Positions 33,612-44,460 are shown, counted from the stretch's first letter. The stretch is 64,000 nucleotides of DNA from an uncultured delta proteobacterium (GCA_963798485.1 CAWCTR010000009.1:48721-112720); one strand, 5' to 3'. Numbers and translations are program-made. The notes: generated by a model from the sequence alone, not told the origin.

Positions 33612-34184
33612 ATGAAAGGTAAAATATTTTCATCAATCATGGTGTTTTTAATAGCTCTCTTCTTTCAATCTGCTTGCTTATCTGCCGATGAATTTGAAGC
33701 TGGTCTCTGCCAATGGGTGCCGAGGGATATAATTTCCAAAGTCACGGCTATTAATGTGAAAGCCATGGAAATAACCTTGAAAACCTCCCGTGGAAAATTG
33801 ATCACTTTTGCTGTTGATAAAAGTGTGAAGGATCTATCCACCTTCGCTGTAGGTAATAAAGTCAAGGCAAGATATTATATGTCTTTAGCAGCAGAAGTCC
33901 GCAAGCCCACTCCTGAGGAAAAAAAGACTCCATTTGTAAAACTCGATGAAACCTGTCCATTGCCACCCAGGGCAACTCCAGGATCAGAGATAAAGATGTT
34001 TCGAGAAGTTGTAACTGTAAAAGAGTCTGATCCTGACCTTGGTTTTTTATTAATTAAGAAATCAGATGGTAAGGAAGAATGGGTAAACACCAGTGAACAG
34101 GCATTCCCGGTATCTGTAGAAATTGGGAATAAAGTCGTGATGAAATATTCACAGCCTTTTATTATTGCCCTTAAAAAACTTTAA
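33612..34184 (+). CDS. Hypothetical exported protein (OB-fold-like)
   Basis: Signal peptide; long ORF with RBS. Confidence 0.7.
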   Translation: MKGKIFSSIMVFLIALFFQSACLSADEFEAGLCQWVPRDIISKVTAINVKAMEITLKTSRGKLITFAVDKSVKDLSTFAVGNKVKARYYMSLAAEVRKPTPEEKKTPFVKLDETCPLPPRATPGSEIKMFREVVTVKESDPDLGFLLIKKSDGKEEWVNTSEQAFPVSVEIGNKVVMKYSQPFIIALKKL

Positions 34185-34207
34185 ACACCATACAGATACC
34201 GAGATTA

Positions 34208-34240
34208 CCTGGCTCTTGCCTTATTACGCAGGAGCCAGGT
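34208..34240 (+). terminator. Hairpin after the hypothetical gene
   Basis: cctggctcttgc...gcaggagccagg. Confidence 0.55.
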
Positions 34241-34447
34241 TCATAGAATTCTTCGTAAGACCACTCCCGGATAATATACACTTTCAGAAAGTCAAGTAGA
34301 GATGGTGAAAGTGTCAAAGGTCTTCAGAAATTTCCCCTAGTTTTAAATGTCCCACCTCTACTTGACTCATCATATTTCATTGCTATTATAGAAGTATCTT
34401 CTCTGAATTATTCCCCAGAAGAATACTTTGAATAGAGATTTATATTT

Positions 34448-34898
34448 ATGTTTGAACCCAAGAAGATTCTCGTTCCGACAGATTTTTCAGGATATTCAGA
34501 TAATGCACTCAAACAAGCTGTGGACATTGCAGAAAAATTTAATGCAAAGATTGTTCTCTTGCATGTCATAGATGAGAACTTTCTACAGTGTGCAGCAGAT
34601 TATTGTATCAGCAATGATGCTGTTGAACAGTTAAAAAAAGAAAGTATGAAGACATCAGAAGATAAGATTAATAAGACAATTAATACTATTGAAGGGATCA
34701 ACAAAGGTTGACGTCTCCTCTGTAGTTAAGAAGGGGGTTCCTGCTGAGGTTATATTGGATGAGCAGATGAAAAATGGGATCGGTTTGATAGTTATTGCAT
34801 CTCATGGAAAGACTGGCATCTTGAAGCACCTCATTGGTAGCGTTACCGACAAGGTTGTCAGGGCTGCTAAATGCCCAGTTATGGTGATTCGGGCATAG
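34448..34898 (+). pseudogene. Universal stress protein, frameshifted near 34690
   Basis: KKILVPTDFS in frame 1; GVPAEVI...IASHG...GSVTDKVVRAAKCPV in a second frame. Confidence 0.85.
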
Positions 34899-34976
34899 CA
34901 TCGAATTTTTCTTAGTTCCTTCTGGTGTAGATATATTTATCTATGCAGAAGGAAACTATCCTTCAAAAAAGTGTCG

Positions 34977-35070
34977 ATAACTGCGATAAATCGGTGGTTC
35001 CAAACGGACAAGGAAGAGTAGATGTTTTGTTTCGAAATCTTCGGTATGGGCAAACCGTGACGATTGGCAC
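34977..35070 (+). repeat. Dispersed repeat copy R6, left half (continues at 36627-36690 after IS110)
   Basis: Near-identical to R4; rejoining the halves gives tggCACattatc as in R1 and R8. Confidence 0.88.
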
Positions 35071-36626
35071 CCATTAAAAGGCCCCTGTCAATAAAAACAT
35101 AGTTCACCATCGCACTTTTTTTTGCAGGTCTAACGTATAGCCAGCTGGGATCATGCCAACGATTCCCTTTCTGCGCCCTGTTTTTCATTATGCTCAGGTG
35201 ACAGATTACAATCTGCACCAGGCACCCATCGGGTTTTAGACTGCACAGCGAGAGGATGAACCTAGATGAGTAGCCCTCTCAACCCGTACGCCCCTAACAG
35301 CATCTGCTGTCCCAGAAAAATATCGGTTCCTTGCCATGTTCAATTGTAAGTGACACGACAATAGGCTCTTCCGGCCACACCTTAAAGACTCATGGCAAAG
35401 GCAGATCTGAACCATCGGAATTACCTCCACTGGATTCTTGTTTATAAGAGAGGGGTAAACGGCGGAGCAACCACGAAAATGGTTCTTAGCCACCAAACGT
35501 CTGGTCTCGCCGTTTTCCCCTGCTCAGCAAAAGAGCATCTCTTCCTTGAACTCAACGCCATCTCTGAGCATATAGTAGCAGGCCCTGGCAAGCTTGCTTG
35601 CTATGGTCTTGATTGCCACCATCCTGTGAGTTTTCGAAGCCTTCCTTTTGTAGTAGCCGGCAATCTTCGGGGACTGCCTTAGGGAGATAAACGCCGCTTC
35701 AACAAATGCCCAAGCCAGATACCGGTTCCCATTCTTTGCATTGCCTTTGCCCTTGCTCTTCCCGTTCGAAAACCTCCCGGTAGGAACACAACGGCAGTAA
35801 GAGGAGAAGTCTCCCACCCTTGCAAACCGCGAAATATCTCCCACTTCCAGCATGATCGTCATGGCAAGGATGTCACCGATCCCAGGAACCATGTGCAGTT
35901 TCTCAAAAGCATCCCTCGTCTTCACTTCTCTCTTTACCGTCTTCTCGATATTCCTGATGTTCTTCCCGAGAAAGGCTATGGTTTCAAGGCTCGTTGTACC
36001 AAGGAGAACTAAGTGCTCCTCCTTCAATATCCCTTTGATGTCTTCCGATTTAACCTTCCTCAGTGCATTCGCACTCATGTGCACACCGGTGTTCCTCTCG
36101 ATCATGGACTGCAGCGAGATGATATGGGCTGTTCTTTGCTTTACCAGGAATGATCTCTTCCTCAAGAGATCTCGAACCGGTCGCTCTTCCCTGGGATAGA
36201 TATATCCTTCAGGGAGAATGCCGAGAGACATCATCTGCGCAAGCCAGAAGGCATCATGTCGGTCATCCGCATACTTGAGCCCTTTGTACTGCTGTATCGC
36301 TGCAGGATTGGCAAGATGTACACAATCATACCCTGCCTCATTGAGCCCATCCACCAGCCAGTACCAGTTAAAGGTGCTTTCGACAGCTATCCCCCTGATC
36401 TCTTCACGGTAAGGGTTTAGGGTCCAAACGAGTTCTTCCAGGTTATTCTTTACACGCTTCTCGAAAACTCGCTTCATTGTTCCCTTCTCGATCAGCCCTA
36501 TGTACGTGTTCCCTGAATGGAGATCCAACCCGGCATACAGCTCACTCATGACACACCTCCTCCTGAGTTATTGTCTGTATTATAGCCGTGCGATCTTGGC
36601 GAAAGTGCCTTTTAGATGATTATCAC
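35071..36626 (-). mobile_element. IS110-family (IS1111 group) insertion sequence
   Basis: Subterminal IRs TAAAAGGC at 35075 and 36614, CAC core at both junctions, ~450-nt non-coding end downstream of the transposase. Confidence 0.85.
35524..36549 (-). CDS. IS110 family transposase
   Basis: GLDLH, VEST, K..D..DA (DEDD), VPGIG, SNG...GNRYL. Confidence 0.95.
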   Translation of the reverse strand: MSELYAGLDLHSGNTYIGLIEKGTMKRVFEKRVKNNLEELVWTLNPYREEIRGIAVESTFNWYWLVDGLNEAGYDCVHLANPAAIQQYKGLKYADDRHDAFWLAQMMSLGILPEGYIYPREERPVRDLLRKRSFLVKQRTAHIISLQSMIERNTGVHMSANALRKVKSEDIKGILKEEHLVLLGTTSLETIAFLGKNIRNIEKTVKREVKTRDAFEKLHMVPGIGDILAMTIMLEVGDISRFARVGDFSSYCRCVPTGRFSNGKSKGKGNAKNGNRYLAWAFVEAAFISLRQSPKIAGYYKRKASKTHRMVAIKTIASKLARACYYMLRDGVEFKEEMLFC

Positions 36627-37049
36627 ATTATCTATGGTTTTGGAAATCCCAACTCAGTTCGTTGCCTCTGGCACAGGATCAACAGATTATTCACATGGGG
36701 TGGAAAATTTAAACGCTCATTTTTTACAGGCAGTTTTTATCACGCTCAATCACCCCACCTGTCAAAGTGCGGTTAAATCGGCGCTTACAAATATCCCGAG
36801 GATAATTGCAAATAATATTAATACCAACCATTCCATAAGTGGAATATCCTTTTTGTGAGGCGTTCAAGTAACTCATCCTTGTTGTTTAATCCCACATGAT
36901 ATTTAAGGTCGGTTAAAAAGTGCCGGAACTTAAGCATTACGAAAGTGTGGTGGGAACAAAGCCAAGGTCTTTACAGTGCACGTTTGCAATCCAGGAACAC
37001 CATTATAAAGTCAGACTCGGGCAAAGATTTTCTGGACCATCCTCATGGG

Positions 37050-37170
37050 TGATTTCTTCGATTTCTTATCGGTTTTAGGATGTCTGAAAACCGAAGATCT
37101 TGGGCTGAAACATACAGAGCATATCATTTCATACTAAAGCATGACACATGACGTAACGAGATTTATACTT
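37050..37170 (+). repeat. Dispersed repeat copy R7
   Basis: gatttcttcgattt...tcggttttag...ctgaaaaccgaagatcttgggctgaaacatac. Confidence 0.8.
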
Positions 37171-37373
37171 ACATCAGACTCCCTTAAAAATGAATCTGTC
37201 ACCTTTTCTTTCTTTGGCAGATTGTATGATATACTCTATAGCATGTTTCTCCGGGCAGCTTAGGCAAATCTTTTAGGCTTGCCCATGGTTCTTCGTATTT
37301 CATGATAATCCTGCCAAACTCGACGAGCTTGGTCTGAAGGGCCAGGTTGTGAATCTATGAATTCAACTTACCA

Positions 37374-39029
37374 CTAGATTACATCTCCCGCAGCAGCTCT
37401 GCCTGCGGTCCGTCCTGAGAACATGCACCCGCCAAGGAACGTGCCTTCGAGCGCCCTGTAGCCGTGCATGCCCCCACCACCGAATCCCGCAACCTCGCCT
37501 GCGGCATAGACACCAGGAAGTGGTCGGCCGCCGTACATAAGGACGCGGCCTGAGAGGTCGGTCTCAAGGCCGCCCAGGGTCTTGCGGGTGAGGATCCACA
37601 GCCGCACCGCAATCAAGGGACCTGCAGCCGGGTCAAGGATCCGGTGCGGCCTTGCCACTCGGACCAGTTTGTCCCCGAGATAGGCCCGTGCCGCTCTGAT
37701 GGCCGTTACTTGGGCATCCTTGCAGAAGGCATTGGTGATCTCCCGGTCGCGGGCCATCACCTCCCGCTCAAGTTCGGACGGATCGATCAGGTTCTCACCG
37801 GTCAGGGTGTTCATACCCTGCACAAGCTCAGGCAACGTGCTACGGACTATGAAATCTACCCCTCGCTTTTTGAAAGTCTCCACAGGTCCCGGCGCCCCGG
37901 GAAGGACACGGCCTAAGATCATGAGGAGGCTACGGCCAGTGAGGTCAGGATTCTGCTCGGAGCCGGACAAGGCGAACTCGCGGGCAATGATGCGCTGGTT
38001 GAGCAGGAACCACGAATAGTCATACCCTGAGGAGGAGATATGCTTGAGCGCACCCAGGGTGTCGAACACGGGGAACAGTGGAATGGGTAAGCGATGCCCC
38101 ATTGCATCCAGCCACAAAGGTGATGGCCCGCTTAAGATGCGGATGCCGTGGCGGGTCCAGATGGGAGCATAGTTTTGGATGCCCTCGGGGTAGTGCCACA
38201 TCCGGTCCGGGTTGATTATGCGGCCGCCGCTCGCACCAACGATCTCAAGCATTCGCCCATCCACATGGTCAGGCACGCCGGAGATCATGCGTTGCGGTGG
38301 CTCACCCATGTGCCTCGGCCAATTACGGCGCACCAGGTCGTGATTTCCTCCGATCCCCCCGGAGGTGACGATCACCGCCTGGGCACGAAGTGAAAAGTCA
38401 CGTGAGACTACTCGGGAACTAGGGGTACCGCGTTCCGCACTGCTCGGTTCCAACACCTCGCCATAGACGCCTTCCACCACGCCCCCGGTCATGTTCAAAC
38501 TTGTGACACGGTGTCGGAACCGCAGTGTCACAAGGCCCTGTTTTTCTCCCTCATGAACACGACGGATAAATGGCTCCAGCACCCCCGGACCTGTACCCCA
38601 TGTCACATGAAAGCGGGGGACCGAGTTACCAGGTCCGTTCGCCAGGTAACCTCCCCGTTCCGCCCACTGCACAATGGGAAATATGCGCACACCCAGGCCC
38701 TTAAGCCAGGCACGCTTTTCTTCTGAAGCAAAACCCACATAGGCCTCGGCCCACTTACGCGGCCAATAGTCTTCGTCCCGATCAAACCCTGCTGTTCCAA
38801 GCCAGTCCTGCAGTGCCAAGTCGTAGGAATCCCTTATGCCGAGCCTGCGCTGCTCTGGCGAGTTGACGAAGAACAGGCCGCCGAAAGACCAGAAGGCCTG
38901 CCCTCCCAATGAGGTCTCCGGCTCCTGATCCAGCACTATCACCCGGCGTCCGGCACTGACAAGTTCACAGGCGGCTACAAGACCGGCAAGACCCGCACCG
39001 ATTATAATTACATCTGCATCACTGGCCAT
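37374..39029 (-). CDS. FAD-binding dehydrogenase (KsdD-like)
   Basis: GAGLAG, LGGQAFWSFGG, RFHVTWGTG, RKTLGG, LEGTFLGGC. Confidence 0.9.
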   Translation of the reverse strand: MASDADVIIIGAGLAGLVAACELVSAGRRVIVLDQEPETSLGGQAFWSFGGLFFVNSPEQRRLGIRDSYDLALQDWLGTAGFDRDEDYWPRKWAEAYVGFASEEKRAWLKGLGVRIFPIVQWAERGGYLANGPGNSVPRFHVTWGTGPGVLEPFIRRVHEGEKQGLVTLRFRHRVTSLNMTGGVVEGVYGEVLEPSSAERGTPSSRVVSRDFSLRAQAVIVTSGGIGGNHDLVRRNWPRHMGEPPQRMISGVPDHVDGRMLEIVGASGGRIINPDRMWHYPEGIQNYAPIWTRHGIRILSGPSPLWLDAMGHRLPIPLFPVFDTLGALKHISSSGYDYSWFLLNQRIIAREFALSGSEQNPDLTGRSLLMILGRVLPGAPGPVETFKKRGVDFIVRSTLPELVQGMNTLTGENLIDPSELEREVMARDREITNAFCKDAQVTAIRAARAYLGDKLVRVARPHRILDPAAGPLIAVRLWILTRKTLGGLETDLSGRVLMYGGRPLPGVYAAGEVAGFGGGGMHGYRALEGTFLGGCMFSGRTAGRAAAGDVI

Positions 39030-39317
39030 TCATCTTCCTCCTATGGGATACCTTCTTAATTTTCTCTCCCAACGGCTCTTATTTATATAAGTCCTGAAAG
39101 ATTAAAAGGGAGATGACACTTAAAATCTCTCTGCTCCTATGCCTTTTCGGAAAGAGCAGAGAGAAAGACTTCTGGATCTCTCCATGACCTTCCACTCAAA
39201 AACAATTTTCCAGAAATCCCACCAGAGATTTATTAGAAAAGTAGGGGTCAAAGATGATTTTCTAATATGATTGATCTCTGTAATAACTCATCTGCCTCAA
39301 TCTTTGAGTATCAACCA

Positions 39318-39505
39318 TAGATTACTTCGATTTCATCACGGTTTTCAAAAGTCCAAAAGCTGATGATCTTGGTTTCAAATCAATGGTATTCTGGCTACAG
39401 ATTCAAAGCGCCGCTCATGGCACATTATCATCGGTTTCTTGGGACGTGTGGGATCGATGATTTTATTGTATAATCATCGCTTTAGCCTATATGAATAGTT
39501 CTGAT
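39318..39505 (+). repeat. Dispersed repeat copy R8 (one unit plus start of next)
   Basis: attacttcgatttcatcacggtttt...gatgatcttggtttc...tggcacattatcatcgg...cgatgattttattgtataatcatcgc. Confidence 0.85.
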
Positions 39506-39523
39506 CAGTTGCTACGCATCATC

Positions 39524-40267
39524 CTATTGCTCTCCTCTATCGTCCAGGCATACCGAAGAGATATCCGTCTCAAGGGGGAGATCGACAATAAATGTGGTCC
39601 CTGTCCCTATAGAGCTCTCCACCCTGATAGCCCCTTTGTGCTTCATAATAATGCCAAGAGAGATGGACAGACCGAGGCCGGTCCCTTTCCCCGCTTCCTT
39701 GGCGGTGAAGAAGGGCTCGAAAATCTTTTCTCTCTGCTCAGGAGATATCCCGCAACCAGTATCTGCAATGCTGATATGGATACAGCCATCAGATTCCCAG
39801 GTTTTGATGGTGATCTTACCACGGTTATCAATGGCATGGGCGGCGTTCACTAAGAGGTTTATAAATACCTGGCTAAGTTGCTGGGGAAAGCATCTGAGCT
39901 TGGGGATATCACCCAGCTCCATTATCACCTCGGCCTTGTACTTGAGCTCGTTCCAGACAACGGTAAGAGTACTCTCAATGCAGGTACTGATGTCAGAAAA
40001 GACAAGCTCAGGCTCGTCCTTGCGGGAGAAGCTCTTGAGGTCGATCACGATTTTCTTCACCCTGTCCGCACCATCTAAGGACTCGGAGATGAGGTCGAGG
40101 ATATCCTTGAGGATGTAATCAATCTTGAGAGATTTCCTCTTTTCGATAAGGTCCTTGCTGCTGTCCTGACTGCATGAAGCCAGAATATCGTCCTGGTATT
40201 TCAGGTACTCGGTTATCCACTGGGAATATTTCCCCATGGTGTTCAGGTTGCTGGTGATGAATCCAAT
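39524..40267 (-). pseudogene. Sensor histidine kinase C-terminal fragment
   Basis: QVFINLLVNA, DTGCGI, FEPFFT, GTGLGL; begins at IGFITSN, just after the missing H-box. Confidence 0.85.
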
Positions 40268-40579
40268 GGAATCAAAGGAGATTTGTATCCCAGGGGGATT
40301 AGCCCTTTGCTTATATCGCCTCCTCCTTTATAAAATATAGGGGAGAGACTGATGGCCTGTTCTGGGCCGAGGTGGGCGCCAACCCCCGGGATATTGAGGA
40401 AAAGACCGAGGAAGGCAGGGGCGAGACCGTGCAGCGTTGCCGGACCATATTTTCCGAATGCGGGTGGGGGTGCTGGGAAGGGTCGTCACGTTTCTACCTG
40501 CAGCTCTAATGAGTTCCTCCGGTTTGACAATCGAGTACTGTTGTTGTAGGGCGTGGTGGTAACGACTATGGGTAAGAAT

Positions 40580-40812
40580 ATGGATATCAATGCTCTTATA
40601 AGAAGGATAAAGGCCCTTCCGGATTTGAAAAGGTCGGAATGATCCTCTGTCACAACGGCATCGTGCGTGGAACCTCACAGGACGGGCGCCCCGTAACCGG
40701 CATAACTGTTCATGCCGATTATACTGCCCTTACGCAGATCATCGCCCAACAGAGCAAGCGACCCGGGATCATTAATATCCAGGTTGAAGTCAATGAAGGC
40801 ATTAAAAGCAGG
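40580..40812 (+). pseudogene. moaE: Molybdopterin synthase large subunit fragment (frameshifted, truncated)
   Basis: MDINALIRRIKALPD / KVGMILCHNGIVRGTSQDGRPV...RPGI..I.VEVNEG. Confidence 0.65.
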
Positions 40813-40882
40813 GTCTTGACTATGTTGATCTGCAGGCTATTTACGCTGTCAACATACTACAATTAATCTCAAAGGAGTTTTT

Positions 40883-41271
40883 ATGAAAAGAGTTCCAATC
40901 ATTCTTACTCTCATGACACTCCTTCTGTGGTGTTTTTCGGCATCTGCAGCTGAGGTAAACAAAGAAACAACACCTTATCGCTCAATCAGGCACTTCAGGA
41001 GATCATGAAGGCCCAAGGTGTCAATGAGATTAAATCCATTGATTGCAGCAAGGTGACGGAAAAGCAGATGGAAGATCTTGGCGATGCGTTCATGGATGTC
41101 GTGCATCCAGATTCTTCTGAACATGAATTCATGGACCGGATGATGGGTGGAGAAAAATCCCCTACGCTGGTTTCGATGAAAAGAATGATAGGAGCACGGT
41201 ATCTAGGCTGCTACAAGGGAGAGCTCACAAAAGAGGAGTTTGAGCAGAAGAAAAAAAACCTTGGCCTATAA
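40883..41271 (+). pseudogene. Small exported protein, frameshifted near 40990
   Basis: RBS and signal peptide at 40883 are out of frame with IDCSKV...HEFMDRMMGGE...YLGC. Confidence 0.6.
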
Positions 41272-41336
41272 GATTTTATTACCCGGAACTCTCGAACTCC
41301 AGGAATCAAGTAGAACATTAGACAGGAGTTGAATGT

Positions 41337-41723
41337 ATGCAATATTATTTCAGTAAGAGTTTAGATATGAGCTTTGATGAAGCCGTTGCAAAAGTTATAG
41401 ATGAGCTGATGAAAGAAGGTTTCGGAATTCTCACTGATATCGATGTTCAAAAGACATTGAAAAACAAGCTTGATGTCGACTTCATGAAGTATAGAATTCT
41501 AGGTGCCTGCAACCCATCCTTTGCATATAAGGCATTACTTGCAGAGAACGAGATTGGCACAATGCTGCCTTGCAATGTCATAGTACGAGAAGCTGATGGT
41601 GATAAGGTTGAGGTTGCAGCCATCGACCCTATCGCCTCCATGCAGGCTGTTCAGAATCCCTCACTAGGAGAGATCGCTTTACAGATTCAGGCTAAACTGA
41701 AAAAGGTAATAGATGGCTTATAA
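41337..41723 (+). CDS. DUF302 domain protein
   Basis: GFGILTDID, ILGACNP, LPCNVIV. Confidence 0.9.
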   Translation: MQYYFSKSLDMSFDEAVAKVIDELMKEGFGILTDIDVQKTLKNKLDVDFMKYRILGACNPSFAYKALLAENEIGTMLPCNVIVREADGDKVEVAAIDPIASMQAVQNPSLGEIALQIQAKLKKVIDGL

Positions 41724-41757
41724 TTTCAGCAATAGCTTTTCATAAAGGGGGTGTACT

Positions 41758-42720
41758 ATGTCCCATAATAAGCTTTTATATGGCCTCCAAGGCAGCACAT
41801 ATCTTTTGAAGGATCTTAACTGAGCACTTGCCACCCTGGAGGTCGTCCAGGATATGGTCGGCAAGCAAGAAGACATAGTATTGAGGTCTGTCACAGGCTT
41901 GGAAGGAGGGCTCGTTGCTCGTGGATCTACCTGTGGTGTAGTGACGGGAGGGGCACTGGGTATTGCACTTATGAGGGTAAATGAAATTGACAAAGGTGGA
42001 GAGGCTGCACAAAAGGCCATTATGCAGGAGGCCAGGGAGTATATCGACTGGTTCCAGAACGGATTTAAAACCACCCTCTGCAGGGAAAGGACGAGTGTTG
42101 ATTTTTATAAGACTTTTGGCCAGCTTCGGTACTTTCTCCCGAATGCAGTGGGAAGATGTTTGTGGCACACAGGTAAGGCTACGAGCTATCTAAATTCTCT
42201 GAGCACGTCCCCGCTTCAAGTATCAATCAAAAATTCCACGAACCTTGATGCAGAAACTATCCATTGTGCGACAAAGGTCCTCAAGGGTGTGCGTGAATCA
42301 TGCGGGGTTGGTGATGAAATCGTGGAGAAGATCACCTTTGTATTGGATGGTGGAGTTGCTCTGAGCGGTGGTCTCTGCGGGGCCATGGCAGGGGCTGTGA
42401 TGGCGGCCAATCTTGTTTTTGGATGGAACATCCGCAAGATGAGTTATCCTACAACCATCAAGGAATTCGTACGGGGGCATGTGAACCTTCTCAGGAAGCA
42501 TACCTCAGAAAAACCTGAAACATTTGCTATCGGCAAGGATATTATGAATCGGTTCCGGGGTATGGAGACCTCATTGGAGTGTTCCCATATAACAGGGAAG
42601 ACTTTCTCAAGCTGGGACGATTTCCAAACTCATTTGCACTCGTCGTGCTCATGCCAAGATCTTATTAAGGAGGCAATTAAAGTTACATGTAATGTCATCA
42701 CCCATGCTCTTCCTCTATAG
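41758..42720 (+). CDS. Two-domain C-GCAxxG-C-C family selenoprotein (Sec at TGA 41821-41823)
   Basis: RBS and ATG at 41758; in-frame TGA at the family's first Cys position (LN-U-AL, versus IH-C-AT in domain 2); STCGVVTG and LCGAMAG; SECIS-like hairpin. Confidence 0.8.
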
Positions 42721-42794
42721 GAAGAACTAGTTGTCAGCAATCTACATACCCAAAAGGGTTTATACAATGAGCATAAGCAAGAGAAGATGAGTGT

Positions 42795-43595
42795 ATGATG
42801 TTCTCCATTACGAGGCTAAGGAACAGGGTCATTGCAAAGGTGATTACAAGTTTCCCTGCGTTGGCTAAAGGATTCATCGAAGCATATAAACCATGGGAAT
42901 CTGAGGATATCCCTTGGACTCCTGTGAAAAAGCCTTTAGCAGAGAGTACTGTTGCCATCGTCACTACTGCAGGTGTACATCGTAAAGACCAAAAACCCTT
43001 CTACATGCATGATAAAAATGGTGACCCTTCTTTTCGAGAGATCGACGGCAATACTCCTGTACAAGATCTCATGATCACCCATGACTATTATGACCATACC
43101 GATGCCGGGAAAGACTTGAACATAGTCTTCCCTATAGAACGTCTGCAGGAATTCGTTTCAGAGGGTATTATTGGAAAGATGGCGGATGCGCATTACACCT
43201 TCATGGGTCACATAATGGGGCCGCACATCTACACGCTCATTGAAGTGAGTGTCCCGGAGGTAGCTGCCAGATTGAAGAAGAAGGAAGTGGACTATGTACT
43301 GTTAACACCGGGTTGAGCTATCTGCAATCAGTCCGTGGGACTGATCCAGCGGGGTATTGAGGCTACCGGTATACCCACCATCGGAATCTCTATTGTCAGG
43401 CAGTATACTGAAAAGGTTAAACCGCCCAGGACAATCTTCCTCAAGTGGCCCTTCGGGCACCCGCTGGGTGAGCCAAATCACATTGTTCAACAACGTGCTG
43501 TTATGCATAAGGCATTTGAAGCCCTGATGGAAATTAAAACACCCGGAACAATTATTGATGTACCCTGGAAGTGGAAAAGAGAAAGATTTAAATAG
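42795..43595 (+). CDS. PrdB/GrdB-like selenoprotein (Sec at TGA 43314-43316)
   Basis: TTAGVH, VFPIERL, LLTPG-U-AIC...GLIQRGIEATGIPT (UxxC); the two track ORFs are in frame; hairpin at 43327-43345. Confidence 0.88.
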
Positions 43596-43638
43596 CAAAC
43601 TTGAACATATTTTGCCTGAACCCCAGAAGAGTGATGGG

Positions 43639-44112
43639 TCATGACTGAACCTTTTTTTTCAGCCCGAACAAAGAGGAGATCATTCTTAAGATGAGGCCTG
43701 TTCCAACGCCCCAGGCCCCATTGATGATCAATGCTGTCACAAGGAGCGGAACATGCCAGCCTCCCCCCATTGGCTTACCCTTGAGTGGTAGAACCACAAA
43801 AAACGCTACTAGGGACGGCAGAATTGCCCCGAACAAAAAGGCTATAACCCAATAGTTACCATACCGTGTGAACAACCTGTCTATAAGGGCGAATAAGATG
43901 CCCCATACCCCACCCCAGATTGAAAGCGAAAACATCGCTGGAAGATTAAATGGCTTGGTTGCTGCAAAAGAGAATGGAGGAAACGGCGCCAGACCAATGC
44001 CCCACAGAACGGCCAATGATAACTGGTGAAAGATCAAAGTGGCAAGAAACCCTGCGATAAAGCCCAGTAAAAGACGTTCAAAAAACATTATATTTGAGTT
44101 TGAATGAACCAT
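43639..44112 (-). CDS. Hypothetical membrane protein
   Basis: Four hydrophobic segments, WGGVWG and NGAWG; GGAGG RBS. Confidence 0.8.
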   Translation of the reverse strand: MVHSNSNIMFFERLLLGFIAGFLATLIFHQLSLAVLWGIGLAPFPPFSFAATKPFNLPAMFSLSIWGGVWGILFALIDRLFTRYGNYWVIAFLFGAILPSLVAFFVVLPLKGKPMGGGWHVPLLVTALIINGAWGVGTGLILRMISSLFGLKKKVQS

Positions 44113-44284
44113 AACTCACCTCCTGAAGGTATCCGGCAGCATGAACAAGCACTGTCATAAGCATAACTAATCGCCTCTCTTTCTAAGTCAAGAGACGAAA
44201 GAAACAAAATCATTAACACCAAAAACGAACTGAAGATTTGTGTCAGAAGCAACGACCTGAGTTGGGTTTTTCAAAACCATAGAT

Positions 44285-44430
44285 TTCATGATAATCATCG
44301 CTTTGCCCATATTGAATATCTCTTCGATAGATGATCGCTTTCTTGATCATCTAAAATGTACATATCTTGAGTTGAGATCTATCCTTTGCTGGTGGCATTC
44401 ACAAAGTAACGATCCTGGCACGCTCTTACC
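44285..44430 (+). repeat. Dispersed repeat copy R9
   Basis: ataatcatcgctttgccc...gatcctggcacg. Confidence 0.7.
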
Positions 44431-44460
44431 CCGGGACAACGCCACATGTGCCTCGTTTGA

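Noticed and set aside
39417-39435. TGGCAC in the repeats as sigma54 -24 elements
   Set aside because: No TTGC -12 element at the required spacing in the copies examined
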